Source: a candidate division WOR-3 bacterium (GTDB lineage Bacteria > Hydrothermota > Tepidihabitantia > SM23-42 > JAOAFX01). From it: a DNA stretch of 64,000 nucleotides. The translations under genes were made by a program, and so were the position numbers. The DNA lies in contig JBBINQ010000009.1 in NCBI GenBank assembly GCA_037443805.1, positions 1,884-65,883 of the forward strand, given 5' to 3'. The notes below the pieces were generated by a model. The model had not been told where the DNA came from. It searched no databases and was given only the letters and a program-made list of their open reading frames with translations. This document shows positions 10,537 through 19,844 of the stretch, one piece after another (position 1 is the first letter of the stretch; the number at the start of each line of letters is the position of its first letter).

Positions 10537-10935
10537 TTATTTTTTTGATTCACCTTGAAGGTTTGCCTTCTGTTTTTCAATTGCCTTAATTGCCTCTTCA
10601 CGGTTTGCATATATATTGGGTGGAAACTTTGCCTTCAAGGATGTTGTTCTGACGGTCATGCGCGCACGGTCTTCTGTTCCATATCGCGCAAAACCGAGAA
10701 GAAATATGGCAACTGTATTTTTTGCTACCTCACCATAATAATCGGCAACCTCAGCATGGACCAGCAGGTCATCAATATTTGAAATCATATAGACCTTTTT
10801 TGCCAGCTTCTGGAAATACTTCTGATATTCTGCAAAGAACTCATCCACATCCTGTCTGGTCTTTATCTCCCAATGGTCTTCAGTAAAAACAATATTCAGT
10901 TTCTCATCATATTCAAATATTACTCTTCCAGGCAT
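10537..10935 (-). CDS. Hypothetical protein, possibly STAS/SEC14 (SpoIIAA-like) fold
   Basis: AAGGAG RBS; 132 aa; C-terminal NIYANREEAIKAI resembles the STAS/SEC14 tail. Confidence 0.55.
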   Translation of the reverse strand: MPGRVIFEYDEKLNIVFTEDHWEIKTRQDVDEFFAEYQKYFQKLAKKVYMISNIDDLLVHAEVADYYGEVAKNTVAIFLLGFARYGTEDRARMTVRTTSLKAKFPPNIYANREEAIKAIEKQKANLQGESKK

Positions 10936-10964
10936 AATATACTCCTTTTATAATATCCTATAAA

Positions 10965-10992
10965 ATTATAATTATTTAGGGTGCATTGTCAA
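10965..10992 (-). promoter_or_regulatory. sigma70-type promoter for the 10935-5200 gene run
   Basis: TTGACA-N16-TATAAT. Confidence 0.75.
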
Positions 10993-11000
10993 CATTGGTA

Positions 11001-12248
11001 TTATAATTTTCTTGCCTGCTCAGAAACAGAATTTATGAGCAAAATCGCAAGCAGTGTTAATATGCCAATAAGTATTCCGGTCAATCGCAGAATAGTAAAA
11101 GGTGTTAATATATGTGAGACCACACCAATGACAATTGCACACAGTAGGAATGTCAAATTTATGACAAATTCTTTGGTCGCAAAAATTCTACCCCTTATTG
11201 ACCGCAAAACATCCTCCTGCAGAATCGTATCCTGCGCAATACCAATAAATGAAAAGACCATACCTGAGATGACTGCAATAACATAGAGAAATACTGGATT
11301 CATCAAAAATGGACCAATAATGAAAAGCATTGCTAATATCAACATACTACAGATAATTATTACTGTCCGATTTATTTTTCTACCAAATATACCCATTAAA
11401 ATACCACCTAAAAGCATACCCACACCGATTATCCCACCAAACCATCCCACGCCCGCTGTGCCCATATTAAATGTTTGCTGAACCAAGTATATAAGCACTG
11501 TATAGGCAATAGCTGCAGAAAAAGGGAGAACAAACACTGAAATCATAACAAATAATACAATTCGGTCATGTATGATAAGATTTATTAATTCTTTTAGATC
11601 CTGTAGAAAAATCATTAATGATTTTTTTAATTCTTTTTTTAATGAAAATTGAATCTTTACACCTGGCTCAAATAAAATTCTCGCGCCCATGCCAAAAACA
11701 AGGATGCCTGCTATTAAATGCGTGCTTGCATCAATATAGAATCCCAATCTCCAGCCAACCCATTTTATTAGATAACCACCGCCCACCATTCCTAAAAAAG
11801 TCGCAATCCTTGCAATTGTAATGATAAAAGAGTTTGCTGAAACAAATTCTTCGTAAGCTACCAGATCAGGAATAACTGCGCTCTTTGATGTATTATTAAA
11901 CACATCAAGGGCAAAAAAAATAAAGACCAGAACCCAGATGGGAATTAAACTGTTCGTCAAAATGACAATACTCGGTGTCAAAAATATCAGGATTGATTGG
12001 ATTAAATGGCAGCGAAACATTATGCTCTGCTTGTTCCAGTGGTCAACAATGACACCTACAAATGGTGCAAGAATGATTATGGGCAGAGAAAAGGTAACGG
12101 CAAATTCACTGAATGCAGATACCTTGCCCGGGTATTTTGCACCAATCAGGGTAATGATAACCATATGGGTCAAACGGTCACCGAGCTGGGATACTCCATT
12201 AGAAAGGCCTAAGAATAGAATACCCTTTCTTTTGAAGAGATGGAACAT
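11001..12248 (-). CDS. MFS transporter (DHA3/H+ antiporter-like)
   Basis: About 12 hydrophobic segments; SQLGD, GVIVDHWNK, RGRIFA. Confidence 0.9.
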   Translation of the reverse strand: MFHLFKRKGILFLGLSNGVSQLGDRLTHMVIITLIGAKYPGKVSAFSEFAVTFSLPIIILAPFVGVIVDHWNKQSIMFRCHLIQSILIFLTPSIVILTNSLIPIWVLVFIFFALDVFNNTSKSAVIPDLVAYEEFVSANSFIITIARIATFLGMVGGGYLIKWVGWRLGFYIDASTHLIAGILVFGMGARILFEPGVKIQFSLKKELKKSLMIFLQDLKELINLIIHDRIVLFVMISVFVLPFSAAIAYTVLIYLVQQTFNMGTAGVGWFGGIIGVGMLLGGILMGIFGRKINRTVIIICSMLILAMLFIIGPFLMNPVFLYVIAVISGMVFSFIGIAQDTILQEDVLRSIRGRIFATKEFVINLTFLLCAIVIGVVSHILTPFTILRLTGILIGILTLLAILLINSVSEQARKL

Positions 12249-12298
12249 ATTAGAGTTTACAGATTATTAAACAAAAGTCAATTATCGCAATAATAATC

Positions 12299-12370
12299 CT
12301 TGATACTTGATACTCAATACTCGATACTTGATACTGGCTTCATATTACCTACTACTTACAACCTACTAAT
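12299..12370. repeat. Intergenic heptamer tandem repeats (GATACTY-type about 5 copies; CTACTAC-type about 3 copies)
   Basis: cttgata cttgata ctcaata ctcgata cttgata ctgg, then cctacta cttacaa cctacta. Confidence 0.8.
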
Positions 12371-12444
12371 ATTATCTCCTTATTACCCTTGTCTTTCAAC
12401 GGGCTTCATAACCGTATTACGATACCCTAATCCTTTATTGCTCC

Positions 12445-12472
12445 TTGACAAAAAAGATTTTTTAGATATAAT
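12445..12472 (+). promoter_or_regulatory. Consensus sigma70-type promoter
   Basis: TTGACA-N16-TATAAT. Confidence 0.85.
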
Positions 12473-12477
12473 GGCAG

Positions 12478-12570
12478 ATGATGAATAATAAATTTAACTT
12501 CAACTCTTCATTGGTTTCCATAGTGGCAATAGTTATTCTTTTAAAGAGGTTGGGTCCTATGGTGTCTTGA
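12478..12570 (+). CDS. Putative Ile/Val/Leu-rich attenuator leader peptide (30 aa)
   Basis: MMNNKFNFNSSLVSIVAIVILLKRLGPMVS; starts 5 nt after the -10 box and is followed by an intrinsic terminator. Confidence 0.6.
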   Translation: MMNNKFNFNSSLVSIVAIVILLKRLGPMVS

Positions 12571-12593
12571 TCTTATATAAGGCATCAAAATGG

Positions 12594-12618
12594 GCCCACC
12601 ATATTGGTGGGCTTTTTT
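12594..12618 (+). terminator. Intrinsic terminator, probable attenuator
   Basis: GCCCACCA-TAT-TGGTGGGC followed by TTTTTT. Confidence 0.85.
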
Positions 12619-12635
12619 ATTTGAAAGGAGGTATA

Positions 12636-12833
12636 ATGAGCCCAAGAAAAAACCAAAAAAAAGCAATGAATGGAAGAAAGAAGAAGAGATGGCATAAAGA
12701 TGGTAGTAGTTGCTTCTTTAAGAAGCGGTTGCCAAGGCGTAAGGTGTCTGTGGATCTATTCACACCTGAAGGTATCGTTGTAAGTTCACCTCTGAATCTG
12801 GGGATAAGCTTTACGACTGTGGATTCGTTCTAA
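12636..12833 (+). CDS. Small basic ORF (65 aa) or gene remnant after the attenuator
   Basis: Strong AAAGGAGG RBS; no recognisable family. Confidence 0.35.
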   Translation: MSPRKNQKKAMNGRKKKRWHKDGSSCFFKKRLPRRKVSVDLFTPEGIVVSSPLNLGISFTTVDSF

Positions 12834-12908
12834 TATAATCTATGTGAACAATTGTCGTTGATGCGGACAGATTTTAGCAAAAAACGATTGAAATTTCTTA
12901 AGTTTTTT

Positions 12909-12924
12909 TGGCACAACATTTGCA
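12909..12924 (+). promoter_or_regulatory. sigma54 (-24/-12) promoter of the diguanylate cyclase gene
   Basis: TGGCAC-AACAT-TTGCA, ending 11 nt before ATG 12936. Confidence 0.75.
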
Positions 12925-12935
12925 TATAGAATAAG

Positions 12936-14870
12936 ATGATGAAAGGATTATCTATTGCCAGGTTGTCCCTAAGGTCAAAGGCCTTGCTATATATTATCCT
13001 CAGCATAGGATTTCTCATCCTTATATTCACCATCATCTCTGAGACTCTCTTAAAGGCACAATTCCAGGATCTGAGCCAGAGGCATATCATTAGGGATATT
13101 GAACTGGTGCATAAACTCCTTAGTGCTGAGAACGACCGACTTGCCCAGTTGAATAAAGACTGGGGTGCGTGGGACGAAACCTATGAGTTTATTCAAGGCA
13201 AAGACCCTGATTATAAAAAAAGGAATTTGATTCCAGAGACCTTTGTGACCCTGGACCTCGGCTTTATTATATATTTTGACCTTAAGGGAAATGTGGTCTA
13301 TGCAGGTAAGTATGAGCCAGAGACCGGAAATATATTGCCCTTAAATCAAGAGACAGTAAGAAAGATCACGGATAATCTATACAATGATATACTACGGCAA
13401 TATCTGAATAAAGGAACCATCGCTCCCTTTGAAAACCAACCCTATGTCCTCTCCGCAGAGTCCATCCTCACCAGCACCCATAAAGGGCCATTAATGGGCT
13501 GGCTGGTAATGGGCAGGAAATTGAATCTAAAAGCCATTATGGAACTGACCAATCTATGGATTTATGTAAAACCTATTGATTCCACCCGGATATGTGCTTA
13601 TGATTTCAATCCTGAAGAACATACTGTGTCTATAAATACCAGTAAAGGCGATACGCTCTCAGCGTCCCATAAATTTTATGATGTCCTCAATGAACAGATG
13701 ATAATGGTCAATATCGCAGAAAAGAATGAAATTTTAAGACAGGGGAAAAGGGTCAGCAAATATATCATATTTTTGGTTATCACATTCGGATTGATTATCA
13801 TAGCCTCGTCATCTGTGTTTTTAAATAATGCAATTCTACAACCACTCATTGAACTCTCCAAACAGTTCAAAAAGATAGATTTAGACAGGATAGAAAATAA
13901 AATAGCCCTTTCAGAGACGAGCGCTGAATTCAATACTCTTGCCGAGAATATAAATAATATGCTAATGACGATAAAGAAACAAAAACAAGAGATTCTTGAA
14001 AAAGAACTCAGATATCGGGACCTCGTTGAGAATGCTGAGGTGGGAATTCTCGTAGATGACCTCGCAGGAAATGTGGTATACTTCAATGAAAAGCTTGCTG
14101 GACTCTTTGGTTATAAACTAAATGAATTTGCAAGGTTGAAACCCGAAGACTATATCCATCCTGAAGACCTGAAACTTATCAGGGAATATCACCGGCGTCG
14201 ACTCAATGAAGAGGAAGCACCGGCCCGATATGAAATTAAGGGAATTGGTAAAAATAAAAGGTTCATTGACCTTGAAGTCCATACTGTTTTACTGAAGAAA
14301 GATGGTAAGATAATTGGAACGAGAAATTACATAATGGATATAACAGAGCGGAAAAAGGCAGAGGAGCAATTGAATATCCAGTCAATGACTGATGAACTCA
14401 CTGGTTTATTAAACCGGCGTGGTTTCAAATCCTTTGCCCAGCACCAGTTAGAACTTGCAAAAAAAATAAAAAAAGGGTTCTATCTCTTCTATTGTGACCT
14501 CAATGATATGAAAAAAATAAACGATAAATTTGGACACTATACTGGAGACTGGGTTTTAAAAGAACTTTCAAATATCTTAAAAAATAGTTTTCGTAAGACT
14601 GATATTATTGCTCGGGTGGGCGGAGATGAATTCATCGTCCTGGCGCCTGAAGCAATCCCGGAAAGTTTAAATGTAATGCTCAATCGTTTAAATGCCAATA
14701 TTGATAAATTCAATGTATCAAATAATTCTCACAAAATTTCTTTGAGCATTGGTTATGCCTATTTCAATCCTGATGAGTCAAAGACCCTTGATGAGATAAT
14801 TGAAATCGCTGATAAGAAAATGTATGAGGAAAAAATAAAATTAAAAAATAAAGTCATTGACTCCTATTAA
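12936..14870 (+). CDS. Membrane diguanylate cyclase (CHASE4-HAMP-PAS-GGDEF)
   Basis: DWGAWDETY (CHASE4), two TM helices, IHPED PAS, RKTD I-site and intact GGDEF. Confidence 0.93.
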   Translation: MMKGLSIARLSLRSKALLYIILSIGFLILIFTIISETLLKAQFQDLSQRHIIRDIELVHKLLSAENDRLAQLNKDWGAWDETYEFIQGKDPDYKKRNLIPETFVTLDLGFIIYFDLKGNVVYAGKYEPETGNILPLNQETVRKITDNLYNDILRQYLNKGTIAPFENQPYVLSAESILTSTHKGPLMGWLVMGRKLNLKAIMELTNLWIYVKPIDSTRICAYDFNPEEHTVSINTSKGDTLSASHKFYDVLNEQMIMVNIAEKNEILRQGKRVSKYIIFLVITFGLIIIASSSVFLNNAILQPLIELSKQFKKIDLDRIENKIALSETSAEFNTLAENINNMLMTIKKQKQEILEKELRYRDLVENAEVGILVDDLAGNVVYFNEKLAGLFGYKLNEFARLKPEDYIHPEDLKLIREYHRRRLNEEEAPARYEIKGIGKNKRFIDLEVHTVLLKKDGKIIGTRNYIMDITERKKAEEQLNIQSMTDELTGLLNRRGFKSFAQHQLELAKKIKKGFYLFYCDLNDMKKINDKFGHYTGDWVLKELSNILKNSFRKTDIIARVGGDEFIVLAPEAIPESLNVMLNRLNANIDKFNVSNNSHKISLSIGYAYFNPDESKTLDEIIEIADKKMYEEKIKLKNKVIDSY

Positions 14871-14884
14871 AAATTTTGTATAAT
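14857..14884 (+). promoter_or_regulatory. sigma70-type promoter for the aspartokinase gene (probably leaderless)
   Basis: TTGACT-N16-TATAAT, 6 nt before ATG 14891. Confidence 0.7.
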
Positions 14885-14890
14885 TATGCT

Positions 14891-16099
14891 ATGGGATTGA
14901 CCGTAGCGAAATTCGGTGGAACATCAGTAGCGAATGCTGATTTAATATTAAAAGCAGCAATGCGCGTTGCCGAGATAAAGGAAAATAATGATGTCATAGT
15001 CGTCGTCTCAGCAATGGGGCACACTACTGACCAGTTGATTAAGATATCCCATAAGATTACTGAAAATCCAAGGCCAAGGGAGATGGATATGCTTCTCACT
15101 GCTGGCGAAAGGATCTCGGTCGCACTATTTACAATGGCACTCCAGAATTTGCATTTAAAGGCGATATCTTTTACTGGTTCTCAGGTCGGCATCATTACTG
15201 ACAATCGCCATACTGATGCACGGATAATGGAAATAAAAGGTGAACGAATTAAAAATGCACTGAATCAAGGATTTATTCCTGTAATCTGTGGATTCCAGGG
15301 AGTAAGTTTTGAAAAAGAGATTACCACTCTGGGCCGTGGTGGCTCTGATACTACTGCTGTGGCACTTGCTGCCGCACTAAGAGCACAGAAATGTATTATT
15401 TTTACTGATGTTGATGGTGTCTTTACTGAAGACCCAAACCGATTCCCCGGTGTGAAGAAAATAGATAGAATATCCTATGAAGAGATGCTTGAACTTGCCA
15501 GCCGCGGGGCAAAAGTTCTCCATCCAAGGGCAACCAGTATTGGCGCACGATTTAATATTCCCATTGAAGTAAAGAATAGTTTTAATAAAAGATCCGGCAC
15601 ACTCATCACGCAGATCAGTAGCATAGAACACTCAAAGCCAAAAGCAATCACACATAGTGAAGACCTCTATCTGATTACACTTATCAAGGTGCCCAAGAAT
15701 CCAAAGTATTTATCTTATATAACAAGGGAACTTACTGATGCTGGTGTCCACTTGAAGTTCTTTTTTCATGGCATCTCTGATGCTCCGCAATTTGACCTTT
15801 CATTCATTACTCCGCTTGAGCAAAGGAATCTTGTAAAAAACATAATTGCAAAACTTGCCCGTAAATTGGGAATAAAAGAAATAAAAGAATCACTGGATAT
15901 ATGCTCAATAAGTATTATCGGCATTGGTATAGGCTCAGAGAATAAGGTCCTTGCCGATATATTCAAAGAACTTTCAACAATAAAAGTTCATATTGAGGCA
16001 GTTACTACATCAGAACTTTCCATAACCCTGTTTTTGAAAAAGAAATTTTTAAACAGAGCAATTAATACCCTATTAAAAACCTTCAAATTAAAAGAATAA
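14891..16099 (+). CDS. lysC: Aspartate kinase
   Basis: VAKFGGTSV, VVSAMG, LGRGGSDTTA, TDVDGV and C-terminal ACT-like domains; start moved to ATG 14891. Confidence 0.93.
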   Translation: MGLTVAKFGGTSVANADLILKAAMRVAEIKENNDVIVVVSAMGHTTDQLIKISHKITENPRPREMDMLLTAGERISVALFTMALQNLHLKAISFTGSQVGIITDNRHTDARIMEIKGERIKNALNQGFIPVICGFQGVSFEKEITTLGRGGSDTTAVALAAALRAQKCIIFTDVDGVFTEDPNRFPGVKKIDRISYEEMLELASRGAKVLHPRATSIGARFNIPIEVKNSFNKRSGTLITQISSIEHSKPKAITHSEDLYLITLIKVPKNPKYLSYITRELTDAGVHLKFFFHGISDAPQFDLSFITPLEQRNLVKNIIAKLARKLGIKEIKESLDICSISIIGIGIGSENKVLADIFKELSTIKVHIEAVTTSELSITLFLKKKFLNRAINTLLKTFKLKE

Positions 16100-16194
16100 C
16101 CAGGTTTGTTCTCTAAATTGCCACCGCATTTCATCCAAATAAAGTTGGTGCCCGCAAAAAATCCTAATAATTACTAAACTGTTACTTTTTTGTA

Positions 16195-16265
16195 GTAGCG
16201 TCCAGATTTATCTGGACGAAGAAATACCGGAATCATTATATACGCCCAATAAATTGGGCAACTAC
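16195..16265. repeat. Inverted pair of GTAG-type REP palindromes (REPIN/BIME-like) between convergent genes
   Basis: Plus strand GTAG-CGTCCAGA-TTTA-TCTGGACG; minus strand GTAG-TTGCCCAA-TTTA-TTGGGCG. Confidence 0.7.
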
Positions 16266-16285
16266 ACTTTTTTGAAGATTCTTTC

Positions 16286-18088
16286 TTAGGGTCTTGGAGC
16301 AATGGGCAATCTTCTTATCTCACCCTTTTTCTGGATTAAATCCATCTCTTCAATCAACACAGCAGGTGCAACGACTGAGACTGGATATTCATTACCATTG
16401 TCGTCCCGATAGACAAAATTGTAAACATATTCTTTATCACCAGTGACGACAATATCGCGTAACATCCTTGGTGTCACCTGGGAAAAATCAAGCCCTTTTA
16501 TTAATTCTAAAGCATTCGTCTTCAGATTTAATTTATATATATTGAGTGGTGAAGAGAGTAGTGGTGGAATCTTTCCCCGGTTTTGATAGAATCTCTGGTA
16601 TCGTTCTTCCAAACTCTCTGGTTTTCTGGATACAAGTTTTGTTATCACAATTGCAAAGTCATTGCCGTAGTCCTGTGCCAGCTCTTTAAGTTTTTTCAAA
16701 AGTTCCTGAGCAGAAATTTTTTGCTCAGAGTCTATTATCAGGTTGCTAACAAATCCTATATGTCGTGTGCCAAAAGGATTTTTATAATATCTGGCGTGTC
16801 CATTGGTCTCTTTTATTTTGGCTATTGGTGTCCGGCACATTGATAGACCAGTAAGTTTGCCATTTTTTACAAGTTCAACATCCTCTGCCCGCACACCCTG
16901 GTCATCTATGGTAAATCCACCCACGAGCCGGGTATTGTCCCATTCTTTTTTATTTGGTCTATCATATACAGAAATAAAATTTGGTAAAACCCGCCTTCCC
17001 AGTCTATTTGAAAATATTCCTAAATTTTGACGGGACATATTCCTCTCCAGGATTTCATTCTCATAGATTGGTGCACGCACATCACTCACACCCAGACCAA
17101 GAATCTGGAAGAACAATTCGCATGCTGCTTGCCCTAAAAACAATACTGGACCAGTATAATCCTCTTCACTATCTTTTAATTTAACCATCATATACAAAGT
17201 TTCTGCCCAGGCATTAATTGCATTTTCAATGGTGGTAAAATCTAAGTCATTAAAATCTTTGCCGTGAAATTCTGTAAAATCTTCAATGAGCTCTCCATTA
17301 TCTGACTGTGCCTTTGCCCATACCAATAAACTGACGAGCCTCTCCTCTCTGAGATTCTTTGCCCCTTCATTATTTAGAAAATATTGATTGCCTGCATAGA
17401 ATTTAAATGCTACATAAGATTCCAGTATCTGTGGATACTTATTAAAGATTTTAGAAAATTCAATGACTTTTGCCTTAACTTTATTTTTATCTAATTCAAA
17501 CTTTGCAAGCGGTTCAATTATTGAACATGGTCTTACGGCAATAAAATCCTGGATTGTATCATTTGTTTGTTTATTCTGAAAATACGCCTTTTTTCGTGCC
17601 AGCGTCTCCAGTGCTTTTTTATATGTGCCATCGGTCACGAGCCAGATTGCCTGGCGTAATGCAAAATATTCATCCTCAACAGGGAGCCGGGTCTCATCGG
17701 TTTCAATCACACCTCCACCAGATACCTGACAGATAAAATTGCTATTATCCAGCTGATAGTTTCCCACCCTCAAATCCACATAAAGATTTCTTGAATGCGA
17801 TTCATTGTTTAATAACAATCCACCAAAAGAGGCTCTAATTTCAATCTCTTTTAAATCCAGGACACGATAGGCAATATAAAATGGTTTTGCCTGACTTTCA
17901 AGTTGTAGTCTGGTGATACTACGGTTCAACTCATCACTCAATGCCCGAAACAGGATGCTATTATTTAATTCGCCTGCTGCAAAAGTAAGAGAAGCACATA
18001 ATGTCAGTATCCCAACCCATAAATTAATTATTTTGATCTGTTTCGGATTTCGGATTTCGAATTTCGAATTTATCTTTTTCATATTCAT
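16286..18088 (-). CDS. TldD/PmbA family protein, non-catalytic TldE-like partner, with signal peptide
   Basis: YTGPVLF...IDDQGV...TNGHAR; lacks HExxGH. Confidence 0.85.
   Translation of the reverse strand: MNMKKINSKFEIRNPKQIKIINLWVGILTLCASLTFAAGELNNSILFRALSDELNRSITRLQLESQAKPFYIAYRVLDLKEIEIRASFGGLLLNNESHSRNLYVDLRVGNYQLDNSNFICQVSGGGVIETDETRLPVEDEYFALRQAIWLVTDGTYKKALETLARKKAYFQNKQTNDTIQDFIAVRPCSIIEPLAKFELDKNKVKAKVIEFSKIFNKYPQILESYVAFKFYAGNQYFLNNEGAKNLREERLVSLLVWAKAQSDNGELIEDFTEFHGKDFNDLDFTTIENAINAWAETLYMMVKLKDSEEDYTGPVLFLGQAACELFFQILGLGVSDVRAPIYENEILERNMSRQNLGIFSNRLGRRVLPNFISVYDRPNKKEWDNTRLVGGFTIDDQGVRAEDVELVKNGKLTGLSMCRTPIAKIKETNGHARYYKNPFGTRHIGFVSNLIIDSEQKISAQELLKKLKELAQDYGNDFAIVITKLVSRKPESLEERYQRFYQNRGKIPPLLSSPLNIYKLNLKTNALELIKGLDFSQVTPRMLRDIVVTGDKEYVYNFVYRDDNGNEYPVSVVAPAVLIEEMDLIQKKGEIRRLPIAPRP
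18041..18071. repeat. Heptamer tandem repeat (TTTCGRA x4) inside the start of the tldE-like gene
   Basis: tttcgga tttcgga tttcgaa tttcgaa ttt; encodes NSKFEIRNPK. Confidence 0.8.
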
Positions 18089-18096
18089 ATCTCCTC

Positions 18097-19770
18097 CTAT
18101 CTTGACGGCTCAGTCGGTGCCGGCAATATTGGCGGCCGTTCTTGTCCTTTTGCCTTTTTCTCCACTTCAATTTCAGATACTAATATTGAAGGTGAGATTG
18201 ATGATACCGGCACCCAGCCCGATTCTGCTCCACAGGTTCCATTAAAAATATCATAATCATCTCCGGTAAGGACAATCTTTGAGAGTGAAAGCAATGGTGT
18301 GCCCACAATATCTACCCCACGCACAACTTCATCTGGTCTGCCATCAACATAGACCCTTTTTACAAGGAGCGGTATTACCTTAAAGGTCTGTGGACCATAT
18401 CTACCCGTAGTTGTGAATCCTCCAGAGATATCATAAAAAATAAGACCGTATGGTTTATTCTGTTTTCTACATTCATCAATTAGGGCATCTCTCAGTTGGG
18501 CAAAAGGGACTTCCTTGCTTGATTTCACATATAAGACACCCTGACGCGAAACAACCTTTCTTCCATACTGCCTCCTGCCATGACCATTGGATTGCGGAAA
18601 TTTGGCAATGGGCGAACGGCTCATTAAAAATCCTTCAAGTATACCATTCTCTACAATCACTGCCCTCTGTGAACGCACACCTTCATCATCAAAAAGATAG
18701 TATCCATTCAGGTCATTGCCTTCAAATTTATCCATTGTTGGGTCATCATAGACTGAGATAAATTCTGGCATAATCCTTTCATTCAATTTTTTGGTAAATG
18801 TCTGACCTTCAAATTCGCTCTTCTGGCGATGGCCCTCAATGCGATGACCAAAAATCTCATGGAAAAATACACCGCACGCACGATTCATTAGAATTGCTGG
18901 ACCTGAATATGGCTCTACCATTGGTGCATTTCTCAAGGCATCAAGATTATTAATTAAAGAATCAACCTGTCGCTTTAATTCATTCATATCGGGCAGATTT
19001 TTTATATCAAATACTACATTGGGCGATGAAAGATATAGTTCCATTCCATCTTCAGCCATTGTTTCTGCAGTGATGCGCAGATTATAACGGATACTATTAT
19101 GCTTTAACTTTGTGCCATCAGTATTTACTAAGTATTTGGTTAAGGAAGTGGCGCGCAGGCTAATATTGGAATTATATATCCAGGGATAGTCTTTGAAAAT
19201 TGCTGAAAGTTCACGTAGGTGGCTCTTCCATAATGCCCTATCAAAGTCAATTTTACCAATTTCACCTGTATATTCAATTGCTGGTGCTTTACTAAAATCA
19301 GGCGATGTGTCTGATTCTAAAACCTTTACCTGTCTTTCATTGAGAACCTTAATATACTTTTCCTGGGCAGATTTGAATTCTTTATCAGTTGCTGACCAGA
19401 GTATGATTTCTAAGGCATCCGGGTTATCATCAATCGGCACTTCAATGGGAGATGACCACCAGTCATCATCTTCAGCACCACGAATTTCATGGGTATTATC
19501 AAGCTTATAAGAGCCAATCCTCACATCCACATCCAGATAGCGATGATGTTCGTCAGTTTCACTGGTAATAACTCCAAGTGTAGCAGAAATATTTACCTGA
19601 TGCTCGTCCATAAGTTCATACTGAAGAAAATACAGAGGGTATGGTTTTTGTTTGCTCAAAATTTTATATGAACGATTCAGTTCAGCAGTCATTGTCTTGA
19701 GCACTATGTCTTTTTGTGCAAATAATTGGTGCACCAAAACTAAGGACAAGCAAAGAAAAAATTTTTTCAT
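18097..19770 (-). CDS. tldD: TldD family metalloprotease with signal peptide
   Basis: FFHEIFGH zinc motif, DDEGV, GTCGAESGWVPV. Confidence 0.88.
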   Translation of the reverse strand: MKKFFLCLSLVLVHQLFAQKDIVLKTMTAELNRSYKILSKQKPYPLYFLQYELMDEHQVNISATLGVITSETDEHHRYLDVDVRIGSYKLDNTHEIRGAEDDDWWSSPIEVPIDDNPDALEIILWSATDKEFKSAQEKYIKVLNERQVKVLESDTSPDFSKAPAIEYTGEIGKIDFDRALWKSHLRELSAIFKDYPWIYNSNISLRATSLTKYLVNTDGTKLKHNSIRYNLRITAETMAEDGMELYLSSPNVVFDIKNLPDMNELKRQVDSLINNLDALRNAPMVEPYSGPAILMNRACGVFFHEIFGHRIEGHRQKSEFEGQTFTKKLNERIMPEFISVYDDPTMDKFEGNDLNGYYLFDDEGVRSQRAVIVENGILEGFLMSRSPIAKFPQSNGHGRRQYGRKVVSRQGVLYVKSSKEVPFAQLRDALIDECRKQNKPYGLIFYDISGGFTTTGRYGPQTFKVIPLLVKRVYVDGRPDEVVRGVDIVGTPLLSLSKIVLTGDDYDIFNGTCGAESGWVPVSSISPSILVSEIEVEKKAKGQERPPILPAPTEPSR

Positions 19771-19816
19771 AATACCTCCTGATCTATTCCTTTTAGCGAC
19801 TTCAGTCGCATAAAAT

Positions 19817-19844
19817 ATTATAGTGGTACAGCATTAAAAGTCAA
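19817..19844 (-). promoter_or_regulatory. sigma70-type promoter for the tldD pair
   Basis: TTGACT-N16-TATAAT; 5' UTR hairpin GCGAC-TGAA-GTCGC at 19796-19809. Confidence 0.7.

Noticed and set aside
12299-12370. Tandem repeats as a CRISPR array
   Set aside because: Units are 7 bp with no spacers, and there are no cas genes in the window
12478-12620. T-box or lysine riboswitch serving lysC
   Set aside because: No T-box or lysine aptamer consensus is visible, the leader is short, and lysC has its own promoter at 14857
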